64,000 nt of DNA from Cycas panzhihuaensis (taxonomy: Eukaryota; Plantae; Cycadophyta), in the NCBI GenBank assembly GCA_023213395.1, contig CM041465.1, forward strand, positions 229,159,741 to 229,223,740, written 5' to 3'. Within the stretch, counting starts at the first letter, position 1; each line of letters opens with the position of its first letter. Made by a program: the position numbers and the translations under genes. Below, one piece after another: positions 46,505 to 58,825 of this stretch. Below the pieces are notes generated by a model. That model made no database searches. It saw only the letters and a list, made by a program, of their open reading frames with translations, and had not been told where the DNA came from.

Positions 46505-46822
46505 TATTGGAATATGTATACATATCAACTAATTTAAATGGGGCCTATTTATGTGCTTAATTATGTGGAGAATATTCTTGAGAGTGGTGAGTCGACAGAT
46601 GTAATTGTATTGATATTTGGGTACTTTAGAACTATAAATATAGATCAAAGTCCAACCTTATGCAACATTATTTTGTCAATATGTGATTATTATTATTTAT
46701 GGGTTTTCACCTGTAAGGGTTCCCATGGCAATCTAGTGTCCTATACATCCTATTTCTACTTGATATCTGCCTATTATGAAAGATCCTTTTGACCTTATTT
46801 TCTTCAGTTATGTTTTCTAACA
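46505..46822 (+). repeat. 5' LTR of element F
   Basis: Repeat of 50340-50658; ends ctaaca immediately before the PBS. Confidence 0.9.
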
Positions 46823-47489
46823 TGGTATCAAATCTTTTAGGTCATGCATAAGTAGAGGATCATTGTTAGATGGTCCAAACAATGGCACCAAGTCATGTTG
46901 TCTTTCCTTGAGTGGATTAGCATGCTTGATGACCCTATAGACTAGACACAAAGGTGCAGATGATCATTGGAGGATCCTGAGAGTCTTCTAACCTTGTTTG
47001 TAGGTATTCTGAGCTATATGGAGGTGTGTAGATGAGTTATGACTCTGTTGCCAATCATTTGAGCCTTGTTTTAGCATATTAAAGGTGTCAAATCCCTATT
47101 TGATGATGCTATTGAGTTTGTATACCCTAGAGATGATTATTAGACCTCTGTTGTCAATGGGAGAGTGCAGAAACCTCGTGAGGCTAGTTGCAATACCGTG
47201 AAGTCATAATATGGTCAATATTTTTAAGGTATGCTCTTATTATGGTCACCCATTAATATTTAAGGTTTTATTAAATAATATCTGCTTATTATTAATGTAT
47301 CTACGACTTAAGTGCTAAACATATGGTTATTAAAGCCATGTTTGATACATTAAATTATACAACCATACAACTATGTGATAGTGCATAATTATCTATATTT
47401 TATTAGTCATTGATTATGTATCCATAGTTGAGTCACTCATTTGTATATTAAATAATCATTGTCATCACAAATAATATTTATTTCACTTG

Positions 47490-47598
47490 TGTATTTATGT
47501 AACGATAATTACTACATTACATTATGTATAATCTACACCCTCTCATGTATTTGCATAATGATAATTACTACATTGCATTGTGTATAATCTATGCCCTC
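47490..47598. repeat. 56-bp tandem duplication inside element F
   Basis: tgtatttatgtaacgataattactacattacattatgtataatctacaccctc versus tgtatttgcataatgataattactacattgcattgtgtataatctatgccctc; the differences are transitions. Confidence 0.85.
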
Positions 47599-50339
47599 CA
47601 TTACTATATTGGAGCCTATGAGATTATATTCTATGCCCCATGATAGTATATATTTCTGCCAGTTATTATTAGAGTATATATTATTCTCCTATGTAAAGAT
47701 TGCCTACATGATATATACTTTTCTTACCACAAATATGATGTCGCTAGATCATTTCTTGCAGCTACATGATGATTAATTTGAAGTCACTCTACCATTTTTT
47801 TGTGTGATGCACACTATGGTTTAATTTAATTTGTGTATATATAGACTTGCATCACTGCTACTAAGTTTAATATTTTTAGCTGTTAATAATATTTTTGGCC
47901 ATTTGATATATTTTAGAGCCTTTAATATTTATTTATATAGATGATTATATTCAATTAGTTTCCCTTTTATAAAATCCATGCATTGAAATATTAACACTAT
48001 AGTTTTAATTAATATAAAGTGACACTAATGTATTTCAACCTTACAAAGTCACCCAAATGTATTACGTCACCGTATTAATATCTTTTTTGATATATTATTA
48101 AGTGGCATTTGATATTGTATCACTAATGTTATATTTAATATATTTCAAATATTATTGTTACCAAGTCACCAATATCCTACATTATTTTATTGTTTAATTT
48201 ATCAAAGTTATAATGTCTCATGATTTTGTAATCTTTATCCTTTATATATCAAATGAGATATTATGAAGATATGAGCATATTACACACTCCCATTAAATAA
48301 GCAATAGAATATAACAATGTGAGTGTCTTGGGTGTACTCTTGGTGGCATATTGATTGGTAATTTTAGGTGAAGAAGCACATCTTGTTGACGATGATGATG
48401 GCGATATAAGACGATTGTGAATTGTTGTTGCATGTGAATACATGGCAGAGTTATGGGTGATACATGGCAACTTAGTGCTCCTTAGAATGTGATTTACATG
48501 AAGGAGTTTTATGGGTGAAAAAGTGGGCATGATAAGATGAGAGTAGGGGACATGAGGCAAGTTTGTTAGGTAATGTTAATTATACATTACCTCTTTATAT
48601 ATGTGTTATATAAGAGGGGTTGATGGGCGTATGTTGTGCTTGTTGCATATGAGATTACATGGCAAGCTAACTGGGTATATTTAAGGGTGAGAGATGGGCG
48701 AGAGAAGGGCGAAGAAGGGCAATTTTACCTAAGATACCTTAGCTATAAGTAAAAGTAAACTCTATTATTATTGTGTTAGTGTGGCATAGATCATTGCACG
48801 ATGTTCATATATATGTGGTTTATTCAATGAAATGAGTGTGTTTATTTAGATTATATTTGAGTTCTATTGCATCAAATGTATATAAGGTGATAAAGTTTAT
48901 AATTTACTTGTATGAGTGGTTATTAGTTGATGATGGACTATTATACTTTGGTTAGTTGGATTGATAATAACATGAAGGTTTATGGCCTGTTTGATACTAG
49001 TTTAACATGGGTGCATATTTGAACAAGTCTGTTGTAGAACCAAGATAGTGTGTTTGATGAATTTGAAGTGTGAATGGAAAGGTCTAAGATGAGATGCCTT
49101 AAAATCAGTGATGCCTTTATGATGGTATGTAGAGTTGGTTGCATTGCATGTATGTATCATGATGCAAATGGTGAGGTTTGGTACATGTTATAGTTTGCCT
49201 CCCCTATTTTGTGGTAGAAACTATAGTGAATAGGTATTGGATACCCTTGTTGTGTCTATTTGTGGCATATATTCCCTTTATGTTTTATGTTTAGACTAAG
49301 TCATAAGCCTTCCATTTATTTCTTTTGGTGCATTGGAGTGCACATATATTAGATGAAGATTGCAACAACAGGATTGCAAGAGTTTGAAGCCTATGGATTA
49401 TTTAGCTTATAAATAGTGTGATCTATAGAGGAAATGCATTATGATCAGTCTAGATATTATGTTGAAGATTTGTTGGTGTATCATGCTGAGTGTCATCTCG
49501 TTACAGGTTTTATCCTTCATTGCTTCACTTTTCTGAGTTGTTATTCAATAGGTGTGGAGGTTTGTTTGCCTAACATTATGCTTGAGATAGAAGTAGGACC
49601 CATTGAGAGATTGATTATGAGGAGTTGTTAGATGATAAGACATGGATTACAACCCCAGGTTCTATTAATAGTCGAAGACCTATAAGATGATTGAAGATCA
49701 TGGATTATCATGCTAGTCAAAGCTTGATATAAATACCAATATTCTAGTGAGTGTCAATTCATAATGGAGAGTTGTATTGAAGAAAAGTACCTAGTCAGTT
49801 TACAAGTTGGTAAGCTTGTTGCATAAGATTTCTAGCAGGAAGAAGGATTAAGGTATGAGGAGATAATTTATACTAGTCTTTGTGTTTATGGTCCATTTGA
49901 TCTACTTTAGCAACTTTAGATAGTTGGGTATCATATTAAATGAATAAGATATTAGCATTCCTTAACAAAGACCTAAAGAGGCAATTCACATGGCTTAAGT
50001 AGCTCAACCTCTTAGTTTAGTCAAAGGAATATGGATGAGTTTTATGGACAAAGTATCAAGTGTAGAGAGAGTTGTATGGTTATAGGTCTATTAGAGCATT
50101 TCTTAAAAATTAAGGATATACAAGGTATAACACCATTACATCTGAGTGAAGATCAAATCAGGGAAGATGTAGGTTGAAGATTGTCCAAGTGGAGATTGAT
50201 TTATGGACATATTCACCAAGCTCAAACTAAAGATTGCTACATCAACATTCATATATATTGGGTTGGGTAAGGTTATCTTTGAGAGGGGATCTATTCCCAA
50301 TGATAAACCTTATTACCCCACATTTATATTAAGAGGGGA

Positions 50340-50658
50340 TGTTGGAATACATATACATACTGACTAATGTAAATAGGACCTATTTATGTGCCTAATTATG
50401 TGGAGAATATTCATGAGAGTGGTGAGTCTATGGATGTAATTATGTTGATATTTTGGCACTTTAGATCTAGGAATATAGATCAAAGTCCAACCTTATACAA
50501 CATTATTTTGTTAATATATGATTATTATTATTTATGGGTTTTCACCTGTAAGGGTTTCCCATGGCAATCTGGTGTCCCGTGCATCCTATTTCTGCCTGAT
50601 ATCTACCTGCTATAAAAGATTTTGTTGACCTTATTTGCTTCAATTATGTTTTTAAATA
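50340..50658 (+). repeat. 3' LTR of element F
   Basis: Starts tgttggaat directly after the PPT. Confidence 0.9.
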
Positions 50659-52118
50659 TTTTTATTTCAAATACTTAAATTTAAGGGTATCACATTGGTT
50701 GATGTCATTAGGTGAAGCTCATAGTGTGTATATGAAAGATCATTGATATATATAGGAAATATCTAGGTAAGTTGCTCAATCTTTGAGGTATTATTTGATA
50801 TAGATGGGTGCCCATACTTGATTGGATGAAGAGACTTAATTGTATTATGTAAACAACCTTCATAGAGTATCCTTAGGCAACTTATGTTACACTAATAGGA
50901 GGCATTTACTGACAAAGGGTATTTATCTAACACTTGGTAAGGAGAGCATAAATAACATGAAGGGAATAATGAGTATAATAAATATAGGGGTTTTTTGGTG
51001 AGAAACTTATAATTAAATTTTAAAATATGAATTATGCAGGCCTATAACTTAAAAGTTATCCAAAATACAGATGGCATATATTATACATAAATGCATATTT
51101 GATTTGGGTTGATATCATGCCATATTTTTCTTATTAGATCATAATTTGAATTGTGAAAAAGACAAATGATCATCTACCTCAAATACAAATATTTCTAGTC
51201 TAGAGGATATTACATCATTCTCATGTTAGGGATTTTAATTTTAAATATAAAGATCATTGTAAAATTCTAGGGAATTCATTATTGCATATGTTATCGTCAC
51301 CTCTCATAAGATTGTTAATGTAGAGCTCGCTAATGTGGTTTGAGTGTTAACATGCTTGCTCATATTTATGTATGGAAAATCCTAATGGGATCAATTATTG
51401 CTAATGGTGTTGAATATTTTAGTTTACTATTGTAAGTAGAATTACCCCTACCCCTTCTTGTTTAGTCCAAGGTCATATAATGCCTACACATGACCAAGAT
51501 CCTAAGCCCAAAGGGGTTGAGATCTATTTCTTCATTAAGAGACTTGTTTTTTTATGACCTAAAAGTGTATTTTTATCCATAAAGTTTTCTAAAAATATCA
51601 AATTTGATTATGTGTGAATCATTAGTATCTCAGTTCAAAGATCTTCAAAATTATCTAGCACATGACAGTATTGACAAAGATTTATAATATAAATTTCTAT
51701 TCAAAATTACATAAAAGAATTTAAGAGATTAATAGTCAATGTAATCTTAACCATTTAAGATACAAAACAATTAAAACATGGAAATTTACTTAGAATATTT
51801 TGATCCAAATGAAGGGATAGATGTGAAAGAATGGATGATAATAATGGACACCTAATTTAAAATTTATTATATAGCAAAAAAAGACAAGATCATCTTCTTA
51901 TCTCATTACTTAAGTGGTTGAGTAGTTGATTAGTTCTATTGGTGGTGCAAGGATAACAAGTACATGACCCATTTTAATAGGTCATTCTTTAAATGCATGA
52001 TACATGATTAATTTAAAGATATTCAAAATTAGACCTCCTATATTGATTATAAGAATAAATAGAAGCTCAACAAAAACACTAGAATAAAAAATAAAATTAT
52101 AGGAGTCCCTCTTAAAAG

Positions 52119-53320
52119 TGTAAGAATAATTAGAGAAACAAGTAAAGGACTAGAAAAATAGGATGGGAGAAATCCTTATAAAACTAAAGGAAATGCATCA
52201 AAAAGAGAATTTAAAAAAAGAAATTTAAGAAATAAGGTTATTAAGGATCAAATCAAAACCAAACAATTATATGACACAAGTTTTAGGTAGAATTAGTCTA
52301 TCTTGAAAAATTAATTTTTATTCATTAAGAATGACTCTCCTAATACATTTAAAATGTAACCCTATACTCCTATAAATATAAGCATGATTAATAATGGTCT
52401 AAATAAGAACTTATAACTACCTTAACACATGTCATAAGTCTATTTACGACTTTCATAACCCCTATGACTTGCCAACTTAATTTTATCCAATATGAATATT
52501 AATTTCTAACACTCCCCTTTAATGTTTATATCATTGGTTTTAATATTGATATAAGTTTTAAATTTGTAAAACTTATCTCTAGCTACTAATTTGGTAAATA
52601 TATCTACTAACTACTCTTTTGTTGGTTTGCATATAAGTTTGACCTCTCCATTTTGGATCTACTCCCAAATGAAATGATAATACATCTCAATGTGTTTGGT
52701 ATAAGTATAGAACACTAGATTTATGGAAATTTTTAAAGTGCTTTATTATCACAATATAGTGTAGTTATCTTATCTTGATGAAGTCCCAAATCATCAAGTA
52801 TATATCTTAACCAAATTGCTTCATAAATTATTGTGACAGTAGTTTTATACTCTACTCTAGTAGACAGAAATATAATATTAAGCTACTTCTTACTGCTCTA
52901 AGTGATAACAATAGAACCCAAACTAAAGTAATATCTTAAAATGAACCATTCGTTATTTATGTGTCTAGCCCAATCAAAATTTGAATATCACTCTAGCTAA
53001 AAATTTTCATTCTAGCTAAACTCCAATATAAAGTGTAATATCCTCACTAAATATTTCAAGATCCTATTTATATCTTTCCAATGGATTTACTCAAGTTCTA
53101 CCATGAACCTCGACATCAAACTAGCTATAAAGAATATGTCATCCAAGTTATAGTTAAATAGATCAAGCTAATAATTAGTTACTTGAACATCATGCTATCA
53201 AATTGGTCATCACCATTTAAAGCTATTAACTTCAAACTCATTTCTATAAGGGTTGGTGTAGGTTTACATTTCTCCATTATGAATTTCTTCAGAATTTCCC
53301 ATGCATATTTAACCTATGAA
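52119..53320 (-). mobile_element. pol: Host Copia E, 3' part: end of RT, RNase H, PPT and 3' LTR (~52119-52511)
   Basis: KYAWEILKKF..EKCKP, SNFDWAR, RVEYK, TKHIEMYYHFI and VDIFTK. PPT complement ctcccctttaat follows ctaaca (52511). The LTR left end is approximate. Confidence 0.85.
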
Positions 53321-53671
53321 TGTTGGGATAACCCCTAATGTGTGCATGGAGATATGCACTTAAGACCCTTTAAAGCCACCTTTGGGGCTCCCTAGGGCAC
53401 CTAGAGCTACATATCAACCACCATTAGCCAATATATGCTGACACATTATCATTAAGGTACATTCTTCTTTTATTAAGTTTATTTTTTTAATATTAATTTG
53501 AAATATGTGTAGGTCGAGTTGAGGTGCTTGTCGCCTCCTCAAACTATCTATAAATGAAGTGGGAATACCTCCTTGGTATTTTTTAACATTGGCCACGATT
53601 CATCAAATATTGTTAACTTTAACAAACATGTACTTGCCATTGTAAAGTCCCACTCTGTACCTTGTCCTTCA
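53321..53671 (+). repeat. 5' LTR of Copia D (351 bp)
   Basis: tgttggg...ccttca, with a TATA-like ctataaat inside. Confidence 0.92.
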
Positions 53672-55716
53672 TAGGTGGAAAACTCTTGAAGAAACTTGAA
53701 CTAGTTACAAACTAAGTATACATCATCTTAGAGTCTTTGGATACCTCACCTATGCTCACATTCTTGATCAACGAAGTTTTAAGTTGGACAATCATAGCAT
53801 CAAATATATATTCCTTAATTATAGTAAAATATCCAAATCATACAAAGTATATGACCCCAAATCAAAAAAGGCCATGTTAAGCAGAGATGTTAAATTCCAA
53901 GAGGATACCTATTATCAAGGCACTCAAGAAAAGAAGAAGGAAGTTGCAATAAAGTTTGATACATCATCCAAATCTAAATATGTGCCTCCTATGTTTGATT
54001 GTAGAAGAGTCATCAATGAACCTAATGGGGAGGGAACTTCCTCTCTACTTCCACCAAAAAATCTATCAAAATGGGTTCATCAGAATCATGACTTAGGTAA
54101 CATCTTGGATAATAATCATAGACCCACATGCTCATAGAGGGTTAATTTTGCCCTCATGAGCAAAGTATTGGAGACTCATGAGCCTCAAACCTTTGATGAA
54201 GCCAACCAACATGAATGTTAGAAAAAAGAAATAAATAATATATATAACTCTATTATTAAAGATGACACTTGGGAGCTAGTCGATTTACCTCTAAAGAAAA
54301 AGGCTATTGGTATCAAATGGATCTACGAGACCAAGTTTCGATCAGATGGCTCCATTGACAAATACAAGGATAGATTGATTACTAAGGGATATACTAAAAA
54401 AGAAGGCATTAACTATACTAAAACCTTTTCCCCTGTTGCTTAGATGGAATTAGTAGAATGATGATGAGCTTAGCAGCCCAAATGGGTTGGAAAGTTTACC
54501 AAATGGATGTTAAAAGTGCCTTCCTCAATGGCTATATCAAAGAGGATATTGTGTCACTCAACCCATTGGTTTTGAAGTCATGGGTGCATAAAACAAAGTG
54601 TATAAACTGAAAAAGACACTCTATGGTTTAAAATAAGCATTCAGGGCTTGGTATTCCCACATAGATAAATACTTCAAAGATCAAGGGTTTAAAAGATCTC
54701 AAGCAAATCCTCATATGTATATTCAACTCAAGGGAGATTCAATCTTAATTATAGGGATTTATGTGGATGACCTTATGTATACTAGAAATGACTCCCACCT
54801 ATTGCATCAATTCAGAGATACTATATGTAAAAAATTTGAGATGATAGATTTGAGACTAATGCATTACTTCCTAAGCTTGGAAGTATGGAAAGATAAGGAC
54901 ATTTTCATATCCTAATAGAAATATACTTTGGATTTATTACAAACGTTTAGGATGATAGATTTTAAACCATTAACAACTCCAGATAAAACTAGAATCAAGC
55001 TTTCTAAGTCATATGACTCTACATCAGTCATTCTAACACTTTACAGATAACTTATTGGAAGCTTGATATATTTGATGTCCACTCAACCAGATATAACACG
55101 CTCAGTTAGTGTTGTGTCTAGGTTTATGCAAGATCTAAAAACCACCCATTAGCAAGTAGCCAAGAGAATTCTTTGATATCTTAAAGGAACTCTGGATTAT
55201 GGGCTATACTACAAAGCTTCTCTAAAATTTTAGTTGACTAGCTATACAAACTCAGATTAGGTAGGATATATTGATGATAGGAAATCAACAATAGGCTATA
55301 TATTTAGTATGGGATCAGTAGCCATAACATGGAGCACAAAGAAATAGAATACAATTTCCTTATCTATAGTGGAGGTAGAGTACAAAGTAGTAGTAGTAGG
55401 TGCATGTGAATTAGTTTGGTTGAGAAGACTACTATAAGATTTCCAGCTAAAATAGAAAGGTCCCACTAGAATTTGGTGCGACAATTATAGTATTATTCAA
55501 ATGGAAAAGAATCTAGTTTTCCTTGGCAAAACAAAATACATTAAGACTTAACATCACTTCATTCGAGAACTAGTGCAAGCAGAAGAAATTGAACTGGCCT
55601 ATTATAACACTGAAGACCAAATAATATATACATTTATAAAGGCATTAGGCAAAGTTAAATTCTAAAAATTCAGAGAAAGCTTAGGAGTTATTCACATTGG
55701 GCATTATGGGGAGGAA

Positions 55717-56056
55717 TATTACGATAACCCCCAATGCGCGCATGGAGATGTACACCTGGGGCCCCTCAAAGCCACCTTTAGGCTCCTTAGGGCACTTAGA
55801 GCTGCATATCAACCACCATATGATGACACATTATCATTAAGGTATGTGCTTCTTTTATGAAGTTTATTTTTTTAATATTAATTTAAAATGTATGCAGGTC
55901 AGGTTGAGGTACTTGTTGCCTCCCCAAGCTATCTATAAATGGGATGGGAATACCTCCATGGTATTTTTTAATACTGCCCATGATTCATTAGATATTATTA
56001 ACTTTAGCAAATATGTACTCACCATTGTGAAGTCCTGCTCTGTACCTCATCCTTTA
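55717..56056 (+). repeat. 3' LTR of Copia D (340 bp)
   Basis: Repeat of 53321-53671 with an 11-bp indel; retains gcgcgc where the 5' copy has gtgtgc. Confidence 0.92.
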
Positions 56057-57415
56057 ATGAATTTTCTTTTTCCCCAAGTTTTACCATACTTCCACTCCTA
56101 AAGAGTAATGGATCAATCCAAGATTTATCATCATAAATGTCTTCTTGAGATTATTCTTTAGGTCATTAACCTTTAAGGCAACATTTCCTACGATCATAAG
56201 ATCACCTATATACAACACTACAAAAATGACAGAATTTCTTTCAACCTTGACATAAAGGTTTGGATCAGCTAGCAGCTACTCAAACCTATTATCCAAAAAA
56301 TATTGAATAATCTTAGAGTACCCAGATCTTGGAGCCTACTTTAGTCCATATGGAGCCTTTTTCAAGTGACATACTAGATGTTTTTTTCCTTTAGTAATGT
56401 ATCCAAGTAATTACTCCATATAGACTTCTTCCATAAGATCTGTGTTAAGGAAGGCACTTTTAACATCATGATGGTATAACTACTATTTGAACTAAGAATA
56501 TATCACCATGATCAATCTAATATTTACCATGTTAACTACTAGATCAAATGTCTCTAAGTGATTGATCCCTTTTGTCTATTGGAACCCTTTAACTACTAAT
56601 CTAGCCTTATATTTGTCAATAGAGCTATCATATATGAATTTGGTCTCATAGACCTATATACATCCTATCACCTATTTTCTTATTAGAAAATCAACCAAGT
56701 CCTAAGTATTATTCTACTCAATATCTTAGATTTTAGAATCCATTATTGATCTCTACTTCTATTCCTAATTGTCTTCCTTAAAACTTGAAGGCTTTTTAAC
56801 ATTTAGCACATCTTTTATCAAAGCAAATTTTACCATATCAGGTCTCATCCTTGATATTTATTTTCCTTTTTCCTTAGGTAACTAAACTTCTATAATGGCT
56901 TTTAGATCTCATTTATGAAGTTTCTTGGTAAGTGAAGTGACCTTAGGTTGAATTTCTAGTTGTGTCTCCTAAGCATCTTTATATTCTTTCTCCCTACCAA
57001 TCTCTTTTTCTTTCACAATTAAATTTTGCTAAATACATATGCAGTTAATACTCTTTAGTTTATAGATTTATGTAAGAGCCTATAAATATTACCTTCCTTT
57101 ACACCTTCAAAACCATTTTTCCTTCACAATCATTAGTAGTGGCCTTCCTATCCTTGAAGAGAACACTCATGTTATTGTGTTTAATTTAACTAACTAAAAT
57201 TAGATTCCTCTTTAATCATAGTACATGCATCACATCATCGATGTGGTAATCTTCTCCATATGGTACTATGAATGGAACCTCCCCCATGCCCTTAGCATCT
57301 AAGACTTTATTGTCTCCCATAATTATAGTATGCCCAATCACTTCTTACATGTGTCTAAACTAGTTGAATTTGGCAGTTATACCTAGAAGCTCTTGAGTCG
57401 ATGCAATAAATATCA
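56057..57415 (-). pseudogene. pol: Host Copia E, 5' part: protease and RT; integrase core not recognisable
   Basis: YCIDSRAS...MGDNKVLDAKGMG...LKRNLI (57160-57415); RT YKARLVVKGF, HHDVKSAFLN, VLYIGDL and MINLGLIHYSLGVEVW, continuing across the D insertion into 53320. Confidence 0.82.
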
Positions 57416-58214
57416 CTCGATTTTAACCCTATTTAAGAGATTATTATGTTTTACTAACTAGCTATATTTTATTGACTTCTCTTGTATTATTGTTGACCAT
57501 CTTACAACAACCTATAATTCCTTTTAAAATGAGCCAATTTATTATAGTGAAAGTAGGTCTTCTAGAACAACTTATTTGTGTGTGAATAAAATAGTTTTCC
57601 ACCCATGGTTAATGTAAAATAATATAATAAATTACATGAAAATATATAAATTAGTAGTGTTAAATAGCCCTAACATAGCATCCACATACATAATTTTATT
57701 AAAATTTTTAACTATAGAGTTCTCAGTTGATATGTGGAGCACTAAAAAGGTATAAAAATCATTAAGCACCATGTAAGGAGCTAGAAATAGAAAGATCATG
57801 AAAACTTACTACGCCAAAGTGTTTTTTAGATTATTCATATGACTAGGGGCTCACACAATAAAGGGCTAAGAGGATGAATTTCAAATAATAATTAAAACTA
57901 GCTGAATGTATCTAAGCATTATAGAGGTCAAAATTAATCTTTAACCTAAGTGTCTAGGACAAATATTCCTAAAACAATTATGCTTACATTACATGGAATT
58001 AATAAATTTTGGCTAATTACATTGATTGAATTCATCTCCTCTTAGGAATTGATTGAATTGGTCTCCTTTGATCATCATTTCTCTAGGATTATGTAAGACT
58101 CTATATTTAGATTTCATATGATTGATCTAGAGGTGCATAAGCAACTCTCTTATGTTCCATCAAATTGCTTTATATCTTTGTTAGAGTGGTATCTTATCGA
58201 TTTAAGCCAACTAA

Positions 58215-58825
58215 TATCGGTAGGTTTGATATTAAGATATATGAATGAACCCAAGGTAAAACATTGGAAAGATGAAAAGAAGATACTAAGATATTTGAAA
58301 GGAACAATAGAATTAAGATTGACATTTCCAAAAGAAGAGTCTCTTAAATTAACTGGATTATGTGATTCATACTAGGTAGGAGACAAAGAACAAAGGAAAT
58401 TAACCAGTGTTTATTATTTCCTTTTAGGGTCCTCACCCATCTCCTGGAGCAACAAAAAAAAAAAAGTAGATTTATCATCTATAGAGTCAGAGTATAAATC
58501 ATCAGTTAGTACAACTATTAAAGCAATATGGGTAAGACAACTTCTAAATGACCTAGAAGTATTTCAAAAAGGAGAAATAATACTCTACTTTGATAATCAA
58601 AATGCTATCAAGCTTACTAAGAATCTAGTACTTTATACAAGAGCTAAGCACATTGAAGTACACCATCATTTTATTCTAGAGAATTTTCAAAACAAGGAGA
58701 TAGACCTTGTCTACCACTCAACAGGTGATCAAGTTGTTGATATATTGACAAAGCCACTAGGAAAGGATAGATTCCAAATCCTTAGAGACAAAATAGGGTT
58801 AAAAGGATAAAACATTAAGAGAGTG
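58215..58825 (+). pseudogene. pol: Copia RT-end/RNase H fragment (G) with PPT; its 3' LTR begins tgttata at 58826
   Basis: HWKDEKKILRYLKGT...CDSY*VGD...ISWSNKK...ESEY...FDNQNAI...AKHIEVHHHFI...VDILTKPL; PPT attaagagagtg. Confidence 0.88.

Larger units (their letters stand above)
46505..50658 (+). mobile_element. Non-autonomous LTR element F (Copia-derived, LARD-like)
   Basis: LTRs 46505-46822 and 50340-50658; PBS tggtatcaaatc (46823-46834); PPT attaagagggga (50328-50339); TSD candidate ttttc/ttttt. The interior has only faint Copia traces: QSRYYVEDLL and DCPSGD*FMDIFTK (~50180-50220). Confidence 0.85.
53321..56056 (+). mobile_element. pol: Internally deleted Copia element D (IN C-terminus, RT and RNase H only), nested in Copia E
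   Basis: LTRs 53321-53671 and 55717-56056; perfect TSD atgaa (53316-53320 / 56057-56061); PPT atggggaggaa; HLRVFG...[38 protein letters not shown] and EVEYK. Confidence 0.93.

Noticed and set aside
46538-50615. Similar ORFs ...NYVENI.ESGES... (46538-46792 and 50388-50615)
   Set aside because: They are inside the LTRs of element F and are frameshifted relative to each other.
53414-56101. ORFs 53414-53596 and 55844-56101
   Set aside because: They are chance frames in the Copia D LTRs.
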